From Podarcis gaigeae (Eukaryota), in NCBI GenBank assembly GCA_964106915.2, contig OZ066929.1: a stretch of 64,000 nt of DNA, one strand, 5' to 3'. Under the pieces are notes generated by a model that was given only the letters and a program-made list of their open reading frames with translations, did no database searches and was not told the DNA's origin. Shown in pieces: positions 1 to 12,502 of this stretch. How positions within the stretch are numbered: the first letter of the stretch is position 1; every line of letters begins with the position of its first letter. Both the position numbers and the translations under genes were made by a program.

Positions 1-228
1 CAACGGAACACCGAAACCAGAGCAGCGCACAGAAACGCTGTTTACCTTCCCACCAGAGTGGTACCTATTTATCTACTTGCACTTTGATGTGCTTTCGAAC
101 TGCTAGGTTGGCAGGAGCTGGGACCAAGCAACGGGAGCTCACCCCGCTGCGGGGATTTTAACCGCCAACCTTCTGATCAGCAAGCCCAAGGGGCTCAGTG
201 GTTTAGATCACAACACCACCCACATCCC
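1..228 (-). mobile_element. Sauria SINE (5' part; continues beyond window start)
   Basis: Closely matches the reverse complement of the 5' half of the full copy at 58052-58405; tRNA-like head ends at 228. Confidence 0.92.
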
Positions 229-1677
229 ATTAATCTTGAGGGTTAACCACCTGTAATTAAGATGGCCACATATGTTAGTTCATTTAATTCAAAAGATGCT
301 AAACCAGCCCTGCTTCATTTGAGGATCCTCCTGCCCAATAGACTAGAACCTCCAGCCAGAGAGTCTGCTGTCACCCCGACCAATCAGGCTGAATTTACTC
401 AGTCAAAGACCTGCCTATGAGAATCTTAAAGCAATAGTCTTTTCCTCCCTCCCTCTGTCAGAATTTGCCACCAAAATCTACTGCTGCATAGGCTTGCATC
501 ATCGTTAGCAGTATCCGTCCTCTGACTCTGCCATGGAGGTCTTTCACACACATCAACAGGCATATACCGTATACAGCATTTCTGCATGAGTATTAGCTTT
601 GCTTACTCCCGAAGTCTCTCCCAATAACTCATCAGCATTCACACTTCACTCTTGCCCAGAATTGGCCTTAAATGCCAGGTGTGTTTTCCCTCCCATATGG
701 CAAGAAGACATTAAGCTGGTTCCAGGCAGCACTTTCCTGGATCTCCCGGTACCACCCACGCCTGGTATTTCTACTGGCTCTGCAATCACCCAGCTGTGTG
801 CAAGCCAGCATCCTCCCTGCTTAAGGGATTTTATGGAGAGAGGTTCTGGATTAGGTAGATTTGATAGGAACTGATAGCTTCTGAAAATGAAATTATTTTA
901 CCTGCATTTCAATTTGATTCTTGATGCCAGTGAAAACTGTGTAGTGGGTGGGGTGGGGTGGTGTAAAAATGGGAAGCATACCCAACCCAGAGTTAATTAA
1001 CTTGCAGTTTTCATCTGCCTTCTCCCACTCTGTTCTTTTTTAACCATTTAGCAAAGGCATCTTTAAATCCCAGCTTCTAGAAGGCATTAAGGAATAGAAA
1101 ACTCAATGCTGACAGCCCCCCCCCCAACTCAGCCGACACCACTTCAACTCTGATGAGCCTTCTGCTAACTACCTGATCTGTTATTTGGGGGAAGTGAAGT
1201 GGGTATTGCAGAATATTAAGATATTTGGGGGAGAAGCGGGGAAGAAGAAGAAAAAGGGAGAGAAATCACATCAGGACTGACTAGTTGGCTGCAGTAACAA
1301 AATTGCCATCGGCTGATGCATTAATCTCTGCGGCTGTCGGAAAAATTCTGTCAAACGTCTTCCTGGAAATTGAATACATTACAGCTAATTCAATCACACA
1401 GTTGGAGGTGCCTGGCATTTCCGTTGGCTAGCTGGCAGGTTGGTTGGACTTTGCCACCAGAGGTTCTGGGAAGGACGCAGTAGGAAAAACCCAAAGTGTC
1501 TAGGTGAGGGAATGGGCTTGGGGTTTCAGAATATGGTTTGTGTACAGAGATGGAACTGGAAGAGTGCTATTCTATCTCTCCCCCCCCCCCACTTTATTTT
1601 ATTTTATTTTTATTTGCCAATATAACAGGAAGAGAAAAGCAAAATGAAATTCTAAAAAAATGAATAATAGCAACAAT

Positions 1678-1806
1678 CAGGGCTTTTTCTAAGGGTTAAC
1701 TCACAGGAACTCTGTTCCGACACCTCTCAGGTAGGCATCATTGCCATTCTAAGAGAACGAGGGAGGTGTTTGTGGTGAGTTCCAGCACTTTTTTTTTTAA
1801 GCACTG
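1678..1806 (+). mobile_element. Non-autonomous hAT MITE (129 bp)
   Basis: Termini CAGGGCTT...AAGCACTG; perfect 8-bp TSD GCAACAAT (1670-1677, 1807-1814); second copy at 50010-50138. Confidence 0.88.
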
Positions 1807-2299
1807 GCAACAATTAAACAATAACATCACCACTGCTAGCTGACACTGTCAATAAGAACAGCCCATCAATCCTGATTAAAATATTTAATTTAATATTGGT
1901 AGTCCAAATAGGTTTCTAAATGAAACTGGTGATTGTATGTCATACATTCAAACCTAGAAAGAGCAGTGAGATCTGCAAACCACCATGTGAAAGTTGGTGG
2001 ATGTTTGTCCTCCCAGTCCTGCAGCACAAGTCTTTTAGACACCTAAGATTGGCTCACAGAACCTGCTTTTGACGTCCATCTGTTAGTCGCCACAGCTCAG
2101 GAATGTAATTTAAGAGTGCATGAACATCCTCAGACATCAATGTATTTCTCCAAAGCAAAGTTGATTTGAGCAGCAATTTCTGACCAGAATGAAAACACTA
2201 CAGGGCATGTTAGCATTACTGGACTGAAATAGAACAACCAGCAAGGAGCAAATAGGTGCCATGTTTCTGAAAAGCAACAACAAGCAAACCCATTTTAAT

Positions 2300-2420
2300 A
2301 GCAGGTGTAATGCAGAGATTAAGCATGTGAGCTGTGAGTCGGAGGTCCCAGGTCCAAATCTTGTGTGTTTTATGAGCTCATTAGGTGACCTTGGGAAATC
2401 CCCTATCCCCTATATCCTAT
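2300..2420 (+). mobile_element. Degraded tRNA-derived CORE/MIR-like SINE
   Basis: A/B-box remnants followed by CORE-like GTGACCTTGGG; resembles the copy at 22200. Confidence 0.5.
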
Positions 2421-2508
2421 CTACAATGCAGCTATTTTACTAGCAGGGTTTTATACAGCTCCCTGGTAGTGGCATTAGTGTAAGCCTGCAGCAGGATTTC
2501 TCCCAAGC

Positions 2509-2970
2509 CAGGAATGGGAAACTTAAGTCTCTCCAGATGTAGTTGGATTATGCCTCTTTTCATTTTTTTTTATATATAAATTTTTATTGGTTTTCCAACG
2601 CAAATTAAAAACAAAACCACACACAATACATAGACAAACAAAACATATAAACATGTATAATTTCAAAACCTCTTTTTCATAAACCTTACTTCCCAGACTT
2701 CCCCTTACCTCACCTTTTCTGCATCCCTGTTTTGAAATTTTTTCAACAACCCCTCACACCAATTGTCTAATTACTTATTTTCTTTTTTAGCTTCTTATAC
2801 TTAATCAATTACAGTATAATTCTATATTTTCCTTTCCCTTGACATTTTTGCACTCATTAATTTTACAACAGTTCTGGATTATGCCTCTTTTCAGTCCTGA
2901 CCACCCCTGGCTGTGGCTGATGGGAGTTGTAGTCCAACAACACATGGAGGACCACAAGTTCCCCTCCAGG
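2509..2970. mobile_element. Palindromic hAT-type MITE split by an L1-like insertion
   Basis: Left part (CTCCAGATGT..TGGATTA) and right part (GATGGGAGTTGTAGTCCAACAAC..) match the family at 14786-14921. Confidence 0.75.
2563..2874 (-). mobile_element. 5'-truncated L1-like LINE 3' UTR with poly(A)
   Basis: Minus strand ends AATAAA...poly(A); 19-bp TSD TGGATTATGCCTCTTTTCA at 2544-2562 and 2875-2893. Confidence 0.8.
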
Positions 2971-3111
2971 TCATAGGACAAGAGGAAAGAAGTGGAGGTC
3001 TGGAGAGTATGTTGTGATACGGAGAACAGCGCACAGTTAATTTACTGTGCCTGAATGCAACACACTTTTTGGTAGGCTATGTGTGTTTCTAAACAAAGGA
3101 AGACTTTAATG

Positions 3112-3195
3112 CTGGCATGGGAAACCTGTGGCCCTGTAGATGTTGCTGGACTCCAACTATCAGCTCCAGCCAGCGGGTGGTAGGAGTTGCAGACT
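3112..3195. mobile_element. hAT-type MITE fragment (14786 family)
   Basis: GGGAAACCTGTGGCCC..AGATGTTGCTGGACTCCAACT motif. Confidence 0.65.
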
Positions 3196-3544
3196 AAGAA
3201 CATTGTACATTTACTGTGCCAGTGATGACTATGTAGGGTTTGCAAATGCTTTGATCATACCATGCAAGTACAGGAACAGAGCAGGCCAGAGAATCATAGC
3301 GTGCTGCTCTCAGCATCCTGAGAAGCTTGTCTCCCCCCCTTTTTTTGGTTAAAGTGAGTCTCTAGCCCTTAAAGTTGTAAAGACAGACTTGAAAAGCAAG
3401 AGAATGATTCCAGGTGGAATCTCAGAAGTTGGCAGGGATGGGTGGAACCTGGATCATGGTGAGGGGAACTTGATTGCCTGAAATACCTGTCTTGCTCTTC
3501 CCCAACAGAAGCAAAACAAATGATGTGAAATACGCAAGTTGTTA

Positions 3545-3706
3545 TTGGTGGTGGTGGTGGTGTCCATCTCTCTCAAAAGACAATGGAGTGTGCCTCCGGG
3601 GGTGAATTCAAAATGTGGTGTTAGCAGCACCAAAGTAACCTCCCCAGGGTGCAAGCCTGGGCAGTGAGTATGGAGGTGCTGTGCTGCCCAGACAACAAAA
3701 CCCCAC
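3545..3706 (-). mobile_element. Non-LTR retroelement 3' end (RTE-like, tentative) with (CCA)n tail
   Basis: Opposite-orientation homologue at 32125-32258; simple-repeat tail. Confidence 0.5.
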
Positions 3707-3865
3707 TCTCAGCTTTTCAGAACAAAACAAATATGCATATGCATATGTATATTTACATGATTTGCATATTTACATGAGTTGTGGAATCAAGCTTTGTATA
3801 GCACCAAATTTGGATTACCTTGATGCAGATTTACCTGCTGCTCCCCTTAACATGGAGGGTACATA

Positions 3866-3975
3866 CCGTACATACTCGAGTATAAGCTGACCTGAATATA
3901 AGCCGAGGCACCTAATTTTACCACAAAAACTGGGAAAACGTATTGACTCGAGTATAAGCCTAGGGTGGGAAATGA
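3866..3975 (+). mobile_element. Tc1/mariner (Tc2-like) DNA transposon left end, truncated
   Basis: TA followed by CCGTACATACTCGAGTATAAGC; ACTCGAGTATAAGC is repeated subterminally. Confidence 0.75.
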
Positions 3976-5217
3976 CGACAGCGGCAAAGGCCGCTCTGTA
4001 ACTCTGTACATTGCTGTTCTGTAATAGAGAGGATTTTAAATCAATTAATTTAAACCAGCCATTTAAACCTCACTGTTACTTGACTTAGCAACATAACCCC
4101 TAAGTATCTCCCTAGTATTTACTGTTCCTATGGAGATGTTACCCAGAATAGCACCGCAGTGCAAGTGCCATTGGCTACTTTCCACTTCAAATCATTGGAA
4201 ATCCTTTCTCTCCCCCCCCCCAACCTCTCCCCCCCCCCCCGCTTTTTAAAAGACTTAGTGGTGCTAGGGAGAAAATAATAATATCAAGTGTAATAAACAA
4301 GAAGTGATGCCTTACAAGCTCCTTTGGGAATCATCCCCTTTGTGACTTTGGTTAGAAGGTGGCGACAAACCATTGATCCCCCCCAAGATAAATGGCAGGG
4401 AAATGGCTCGTGGCTGGGTGAATCAATGTATCTCTTTAAAAGACTACAACAAACTGGGCTGAAAGTTGAAAGGCGTTTATTGATGTGTTGGTGGGGAAGC
4501 GGAACATATATTTCTCCGTTCAGGCTGGGCTTTGAAATATCTGAGTCAATCCCTGCCAAGTTTCATAAAGCAGAGCTTTCTTTCCAGGAATACCCACCCT
4601 TGGCAAGATTACCTAAGCTGTGACAAGCCACAGGCGAACATCATGTCTAAGCTGGGTTCATGTTTTCCTGGTGAGCGATGGGGGAGTGGGATTTCTCTGT
4701 CTCTATCCAGTACCTGCACTACATGCTGTCAAATACCCGACTGGGACCGAGATACTGGAATGAGTATGACTCTGCCTGATCCTTTGGCCTTTCCTTCATT
4801 AAAGCAGCTAAGAGGAACAAAGCACCCACATCTGGCTATTAATTGGGGAAGATGACTTGATTAATGAGTATTATGCTAATACTGGGTCAAGGGACAAGAC
4901 CGTGTTTATAAAAGGCTGAGCCGAGTTAGAACCCCAGTGTGTTTTACAGCCAGACTTCTTCCCATTGCCTTCCAATTCTGCCTTTTCCTGTAAACCCATC
5001 AGTGTTTTATTTTTCTTGGTGACTTTTTTAGTTCATAGGTTTCTTTTTTTATGGGGAAAGAAATTTACTGCCAACCTGGTTTCCAGGTCTTTGGAGTATC
5101 TGCTTCTCTTGTTAATTTCTGTTGGGAATTTATCTGTCTCTCTCTCTCAGTATGTCTCTCAAGTAACTCTATTTAACTTTCTCGCTCTCTCTATGTATAG
5201 ATATGAAAGGGAGAAAC

Positions 5218-5318
5218 CAGTAAAAGCAACACAGAAATGTGTTAGTCTTTAAGGTGCCACAGGACACTTTCTTGTTTTTGCTGAAACAGAGCAGCATGTC
5301 TTCCCCTCTTGAAACTGT
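5218..5318. mobile_element. Penelope-like element terminal fragment with short inverted duplication
   Basis: TTAGTCTTTAAGGTGCCACAGG..TGTTTTTGCTG..AACAGA resembles reptile Penelope pseudo-LTR ends; preceded by a partial inverted copy. Confidence 0.65.
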
Positions 5319-5533
5319 TCCCAGTGCAAATAGTTTTATGTTCCCTTGCAACTTAGAGCAAATGTAAATGCTCACAAAAAAATCAATAACTATTCTAACT
5401 TGGCTGTACAGATTTCAGGCTCAGAATTTGAATTGTTATCTTTTTAAAAAGTATAACTGAACAACACAGTGCTTTTTCACTTCATAGAATCTCTTGGTTG
5501 TTTTGACACTGGCAAATGTCAAATATATCTCAG

Positions 5534-5653
5534 TCAAAACAAAAAAAAAAAAATTCCTTCCAGTAGCACCTTAAAGACCTTAAAGGTGCTAGTGGAAGGA
5601 ATTTTTTTTGTTTTGACTATGGCAGACCAACACGGCTACCTATCTGTAACTGG
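5534..5653. mobile_element. Penelope-like mini-insertion, foldback
   Basis: Inverted repeat of about 36 bp (5532-5618); terminal CAGACCAACACGGCTACC; 13-bp TSD AAATATATCTCAG (5521-5533, 5654-5666). Confidence 0.8.
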
Positions 5654-5686
5654 AAATATATCTCAGGTTTGTTTTCAAGGCTAAGT

Positions 5687-6005
5687 ATAGCTGTGCAGAT
5701 CTGTTAATTTCAGCTTCTCTCCATTTCTCATTTTTCCAATCTTAAATTCAGCCCTCCACATTTCTGCATCATGTAGTGATTTTTTTCTTAAATTCTCATG
5801 AAAAATCACTAGGAACTGAGTGTGAATCCCTCCTGGTGCACACTTTTATGTACAATTTTGTTTTAATATACACAATTTTTGCAAAGTTATTTCCCCTAAA
5901 ATAATTTGTGTGTGTTATTACAAATTCTCACATTGTTATAGACAATATATGCCTGAGTATATGCATTTAAACACATTACTTGGCTGGAGAACTGCATTTA
6001 AAAAT
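5687..6005. mobile_element. AT-rich non-autonomous DNA transposon family (TAGGGATG-type ends)
   Basis: Shares motifs (GGCTGGAGAACTGCAT, TTTCCCCTAATA, AATGCATTTT) with five other copies in the window. Confidence 0.6.
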
Positions 6006-6399
6006 TTTAATTTTTAATTTAAATGCCCTCTTAGCCATGTGGCTTTAGGCAAAGCACTATTCTCTCACTGCCATTATCACCTCTTTGTAATAGAGGAATA
6101 ATAAGACTGGTTTCCCTTCCTTGCGTTTTCGTTTGTTTTCATTTCGTTTCCCTTCCTTATCACAGACTTCCCTAGCCTAGAGTTCTCTGCATATTGCTGA
6201 AATGCAGATCGCATCAGCATAGCCAAAATGGCTAATGATTAGGGATGATGCGGATCGTTGTCCAAAATATCTGAAAACCCCCATGTTGGGGAAGCCTTGT
6301 ATAGGGGATTCATGTAATACTACTTGATAAATATATGAAGTGTGCAATGTTCTTTTTGATGTGAGGCATGCAAAAGATACACAGTTATTCAAAAATACA

Positions 6400-7368
6400 A
6401 CCATGCCGTAGACTTGCACAATGACATTATGGTATTGGCAATTTTATTTTCAAATTCTTTGCTAATGATCCCTAGCATGGACTTTGCCTTTTTTGCAGCT
6501 GCTGCACACTGGGTCTGCATATTCATTGAGTGATCCATAGGACCCCAATATATAATTCCTGATCAGTCACTGCCACATTCTCAACCCATGAATGTATATG
6601 TGAAATTAAGAAATTTTGCCCAAGCATGCATCACTTTATACTTCTTTACGTTGAATTGCATTTGCCATTTACCCTATTCACTCATTATAAAGGTAAAGGG
6701 ACCCCTGACCATTAGGTCCAGTTGTGACCGACTCTTGGGTTGCGATGCTCATCTCACTTTATTGGCCGAGGGAGCCAGCGTACAGCTTCTGGGTCATGTG
6801 GCCAGCATGACTAAGCTGCTTCTGGCGAACCAGAGCAGCACACGGAAACACCATTTACCTTCCTGCCGGAACAGTACCTATTTATCTACTTGCACTTTGA
6901 CATGATTTCGAACTGCTAGGTTGGCAGGAGCAGGGACCGAGCAACAGGAGCTCACCCCATCGCGGGGATTCGAACCGCTGACCTTCTGATTGGCAAGCCC
7001 TAGGCTCTGTGGTTTAACCCACAGCGTCACCCACGTCTCTATTCACTCATTATAGAGAGGAGCTAATTGCCATCTCTTTTTGTTTTAATAGGGCTGAACA
7101 GTTTAGTATCGTCAGGAACCTTGGGCAGGTCATGGCTCAACCCTAACTAACTCTAGATCATTTATAACCAAGTTAAAAAGACTTTGGGGGGCTCCACTTT
7201 CAATATCCCTTCATTGAAAGAACTGATTATTTATTCCCACTCTCTACTTCCTCTTACTCTTCCCCATCCTCAGTAGGACCTCACATCTTATTCGACAACT
7301 GCTAAGCTTACTCATGAGTTTGGTGAAGTGCTTTGCTGAATGCTTTTTGAAAGTCCAAGTACACTGTA
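6400..7368 (-). pseudogene. CR1 LINE ORF2 reverse-transcriptase remnant, interrupted by a Sauria SINE
   Basis: Minus strand near 7335-7365 reads VYLDFQKAFSK; near 7105-7120 reads FPDDT (degenerate FADDT). Confidence 0.8.
6690..7038 (-). mobile_element. Sauria SINE, full length
   Basis: tRNA head with B box GGTTCGAATCC on minus strand; ACCTTT tail; 16-bp TSD CTATTCACTCATTATA (6674-6689, 7039-7054). Confidence 0.95.
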
Positions 7369-7590
7369 GGCTTATCTACACTTCTGTTTGTCCCGCCCCT
7401 TTCCCCCAGGAAAAACTCATGGTTTGGTGCTGAATCAGACCAAATGACAATGAGGCTTTCTGCAGATTGCCATTTGTTCTGATTTATCGCTAAAGAGTGG
7501 GTTTTCTAGGGGAAATCAGTGGGGCAAAGGCAAAACCACTTAGACTTGTGCTTTCTAGGCATGGGAGAAGTGGAAGTGTGGATGAGCCCT
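7368..7590. mobile_element. Palindromic MITE, PIF/Harbinger-like
   Basis: Termini GGCTTATCTACAC...GTGTGGATGAGCC; inverted homologue at 61307-61571. Confidence 0.65.
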
Positions 7591-8773
7591 TTGTCAACTG
7601 GAACCTTAACTAAGGATTTCACAAGTGTTGGTTACTTAACAGATTCAGCTGCCTTGCAGGGCTCTAAGCACAGGCCTGCAGCAGGATTTCTCCTAATCTA
7701 AGAGAAGAAAGGGAGTCTGAAGGTTGGATAGCACACAGTTGATTCATTGTGCCTGCCTAATTTTACCTCTTCATCTGAGTTCTGTTCCTAAGCTCTTCTG
7801 ATCGTTCTGTGCAATGGTGTTAGCCCTGCCTTTAGTATTAGAAAGCTGGCAACAGCTGCTGATTTCCTTCCCAACATCTCACAGGTCAATACCACCTGCC
7901 TAAGGTCCCTCCTGAGAAATGCCCCACGCTGTCTTTGGTGGACCAGCTTATCCCACCACAGAGAGGAATTAATTATGCACATCACAGATTTGCCACCACA
8001 GCTAGCCATCATGGCAGGGTATCCACGACTCTCTCTTTCATCTGGAATCTTGCAACTTCAAGGGCTTCTTAAAATGGCAAAATTGTAATTGACTTATCCT
8101 GGAAGTGGCAAGTAGGTTTAATTTGACTTTGTGAAAAGAGTCTATGTTCCTTGCACTCAGGGTTGTTGCAGGGGAAACATGTTTATTAATTAATTAAACA
8201 ACCATGTTCATGACCCCTCAAACAAATGATGAAAAAACAAAAGGTCCCAGGGCCTTCCCTCTTCCCTTTTTGGTTTTGTTTTATGATTCAGTATTTTTTT
8301 TTAATTTTTTTTTTGAAGTCCCTGATTTTTAGGGCCCTAATTCCAAACACTTGGCCCTCTGCTGTTGTGCAATTAAGCATATCCACCTTCCTACCTGAGT
8401 GCTAGTCAGACCCCAAAGTCACAGAAAAGCTATGGGGACAGACCACAACTCAGTAGTTTTCATGCAAAAGCTCCCAACATTTTCAGGCAGACTACTGCTA
8501 CCCAATAGTCTCTCTCACGCATACATCCACATGCAGCTTCCTACTTTCCTATGGGTGTGTGCGTGGGTGGGCAGTTTGCCAAAGATAAAAAAATAACTAT
8601 CTCTAATTTTTTTTTAGTGGAGGTGACTCCAAAGATACTTGCCTAATGGAATGAGAAATTTGTGCTGCTGCTTTATGTAAAAGACAAATTGCTCTTCAAC
8701 CCCTGTAGTAAAGTAGAGCAGTGTTTATTGCTTGCTTCTGCCTTCTTGGCTACACTACCATTTTTATTTATTG

Positions 8774-8778
<5 letters not shown>

Positions 8779-8833
<55 letters not shown>
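8779..8833. repeat. (GT)n(GA)n microsatellite
   Basis: Seen directly. Confidence 0.98.
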
Positions 8834-10557
8834 CAGGAAGGCAATGGCAAAAAACTTGAACTTCTAAGTGAATATGTGTTTATAATGTGGAATGTTTGTT
8901 GGGAACTTTCACAATAATATTTTTATTAAAAAAAAAGAAAAGAAAACTGTTATAAGAAGGAATAAGGGAGTTTTACAAAACTGTTGGAAAGCTGGGTTAA
9001 TGCATACTAATGACACCTAATCCAAAATAATGAGGCAAGAGTGTTTTTTACTTTAATAATGTGAATAAGTGCAGCATTCCATTAGGAAGGGTGTTTCCCC
9101 CCCCACCCCTAAAATGATGGCAATGAATTTGAGATTTTCCTTCTTTGGATCCGAAACAAATTCTTACAGGTTTCAACAATGGGCCTCATGTGTCTGTGTA
9201 GTAGTTACAGTTGTTGTTGTTATAACAACATTAAGGTGCACAATATGAACAAATATATGTTAATTATTAGCTGTTAATCCTTTTCCCAATCACCCCAGCA
9301 CCCCACCATCTCTCATCTAACCACAGTCATTGAAAACATTCAACCCATTTATTTATTTTTACTGTCAATATGAGAATCCTCCTTGTACCTTATCTAGAGT
9401 TGTTTTTCACTGTAACAGTTGTTACCTATTAGATTCCTTCTAAACAGGTTCTTACTAGTCTCATGGTCAGGTCACATTATTGTTTACATGATACCGGCCT
9501 CACTCATAATGAGTTTTACAGAAATTACATGACACTTCTAGGATAGTTAACACTGGCATGGGAAATTTTTGACTTGCTGTGTCTTCCGGAACTTATGATT
9601 CTGGGGTAGTATGGGAGTAATGCCCCGCACATTATCTCCTACACTGGCAAGGAAACTTCAGAAGAGACCCTATGTTGTCCTCAAAGCAACCCAGGGGTCT
9701 TGTGTACTTCGAACCATCCTTTATGCTCAACTTGAGTGAGATAGCTCACCATACCTCTATTCTTCCAGCCTTCCTGAAACACAGTAGAAATATTCTGGAG
9801 GGCGTATTGTTCAACTAAGTGCTCTGTTGAGCCTGTACTGAAGGATCCTCTTACAATCAGATAGGGAGAAGTGTTCAGAAATTGGAATGCTGGGGTGCAT
9901 CTCATCTGACAAAAGGAATTGGTTTCCTGAAATGGGTGAGGGCAAGAGGTTCCTGGGATGCTGGAACTGTTTAAGATGACTGACAAAATTTACCCTTCTA
10001 TCCTTAACAGAAGCAACAACAAAATGGCTAGTCAGTGTGGCTCACACCGGTTAAAATCTTTGCTTTCTGTTTCATCCCTCTCTTCTCCAAGCTATTTGCA
10101 TAAAAGGAGAACTTCTCTGAAATACTCATGATGAGGGGGTATATGCAATTCTATGTCTGGGCCCTCTTCCTCCCTTTTCTTCTTCTGGCACTTTGAATAC
10201 GACTTCCATACAGGTAGAAGTGGTTCACTTCGTGGGGTGGAGATGCTAGGCAAGTTTCCTGGCAGGTTGATCACTGTTGCTGGGGAAAGAGAGGGAAGTG
10301 AGTGAATCTGCTGGGAGGACAGCACAGTATAAATACACCAGTGGCGCCAATTTGGCACTCCTCCCAGTGTGGTTGAACTGCCCTGACCTTCCCACTGCTT
10401 TGCTAGTATATTGTTGCATAGGATGCTGGGGTATTATCATTCTAGGCCCACATCAAGCACACTTGAAATTTCGCATCACTTAGCCAATGAAACTATTGCA
10501 CACACTTTTTCCATTCTCCAAAAGATGCATAGTAGTGCAACATCTGGTGTTGTAAGG

Positions 10558-10609
10558 CTTCCTTCCTTCCTTCCTTCCTTCCTTCCTTCCTTCCTTCCTT
10601 CCTTCCTTC
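10558..10609. repeat. (CCTT)n microsatellite
   Basis: Seen directly. Confidence 0.98.
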
Positions 10610-11127
10610 TCTCCCCCCTGCCCATCCTTCTCCCTTTCTGTAGATCTACACAAACTGTCCAGCATCTTGCTGTTCAAAACCAGACATTTAACTGCAGTTA
10701 AATAATTCCTAAAAGATGAACATAATGTATATTTGTTGTACTCTAAGATCTTAATTGCTGACTTTACACCACACTCTGGTATAAGCCAGCAGAGGACAGG
10801 CCAGGTGTACTATTAAAAACACTGTAGTCTTACTTCTACTGAAAAGAGGCACTCTCTAACCTTAAATGTCACAAACTTCCAAAAGAAGAGATTCACTGTT
10901 TTCCATAAGTAGAACTAGCCCTAGCATCCAATGGGTGGAGCAACCTTGTCTGGGTGGCACCATGGGGAGAAGAATGGAATAGATGAAGGCAGAAATTGGT
11001 GCACCCAAATTGTCTAAGCTGTTGGCCCTACTGGCAAGAGGTGTATGATTATAGTGCCATTAGGCTTGTAATTCAGACAGCGGGATATTTTGGGCTGGCA
11101 TTGCCTAGAGATTTAAGAACGGATGAA

Positions 11128-11182
11128 ATTAAATTTATTTATTTACGGCTATTAGCCCATAAAATATGTACAAACATAAAAG
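11128..11182 (-). mobile_element. 55-bp retrotransposed 3' end flanked by TSD
   Basis: 15-bp direct repeat TTAAGAACGGATGAA (11113-11127, 11183-11197); minus strand ends ..GCCGTAAATAAATAAATTTAAT. Confidence 0.6.
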
Positions 11183-11994
11183 TTAAGAACGGATGAATTT
11201 CTGTTCTGCTGCATATTTGTTGCATGCAAGTGCTGTTTCTGTTCTATTGCAGTTTGGCTTCTGACAGAAGCGATGTTTGAACCTCACTTAGTCACATGTA
11301 TTAAGTTATAAACCGCCCCAGGTCTGCCAGGAATCTGTCCATAACCATCAGATTCTGGCAGGCTCACAGTATTCTTAGCTGGCTCCACCATAGCTATAAG
11401 TTATGACCACTTCCCATTTTTAAAGCCAGTGTTATCAACCATGGGCAGTAGGGCCTCAGCCCACTATGTTCCACAGTATAACAGACTTGTTTTCCAAAGC
11501 TGAATTTCTGCTGATTGACTTACAATCAAATCATTTTCTCTGCTTAACTTTTAATAAGTGTGATTCAGGCCCCCAACTGCCTGCCAGCTGTCTCTGAAGC
11601 ATCCTAGGAAATACTTCTTTGAGCAGCACAGTGGAAACGGCACAGATGGCATCTCAGAAGCATGGCAGTACGTCCACCAGCCACGGCCTGGCACACACTA
11701 GGCCCATGCAAATGTCATGCAAATTGTGTGGGCTGTATATAAATATGTTATGCAAATCAGCAGTTTCCCCCTCCAACTCATGATACAATTCCAGTGTGAC
11801 TCCTAGTGCTGAAAGATGAGCTTGCCAGGAAGCGAGTGGTGCAACCTAGTTAAGCTTGAAGCCCTCACATTCAAAGGTGTGAGGAAAATAATATATCACA
11901 AACTTTAATTCACTGGGTTACTGGGAGGTGGTGGAGGGAGGGTGATGCCATCAGACCCAGAATTATGTTGTCATTATGTATGTCGCTGAAAAAA

Positions 11995-12145
11995 CCACCG
12001 GTCTATCTAGTTTAGTATTGTCTACAGTGGCTTTCTATGATTTCAGCCAGTGGTCTCTCCCAGCCCCACCTGGAGATGCCAGGGATTGAACCTTGGACCT
12101 TTTGCATGCAAGGCCAATGCTGTAGCACTGAGCTATGGCTTTTCC
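11995..12145 (-). mobile_element. tRNA-derived SINE with CR1-like tail (Squam2/POM-type; name tentative)
   Basis: Minus strand TAGCTCAGTG (A box) and GGTTCAATCCC (B box); homologous to 25845 and 52497. Confidence 0.8.
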
Positions 12146-12502
12146 TCAGCTCCCAATGGAGTGGTCCAGAGCTTTAAGTAAAGGTTTTCCTCCATCCCAA
12201 CAAATGCAGATTCTGTCGTCAACACTTATAGGAGATGCTAGGGACTTAACCTGGCGCTCCATGTCAGGGCTCACTAAGGCTGAGCTCCTGAACCTGTTCA
12301 GTACACCATGTCTTCAGTTTGCCATGAACATTCACATATGAGTTAAAAGAGCAGGACTTTCAACTCAGGCATACTTCAATCCAGAATTCCTATTTTAGGG
12401 AACAACCACTTATCATCCCCAGATGCTATTGTGCGTGCCTGGTGTGAGCTAGTGAATTAATCAATGGCCCTACTCACATGCAATGGCTAATATGTAAAAG
12501 CT

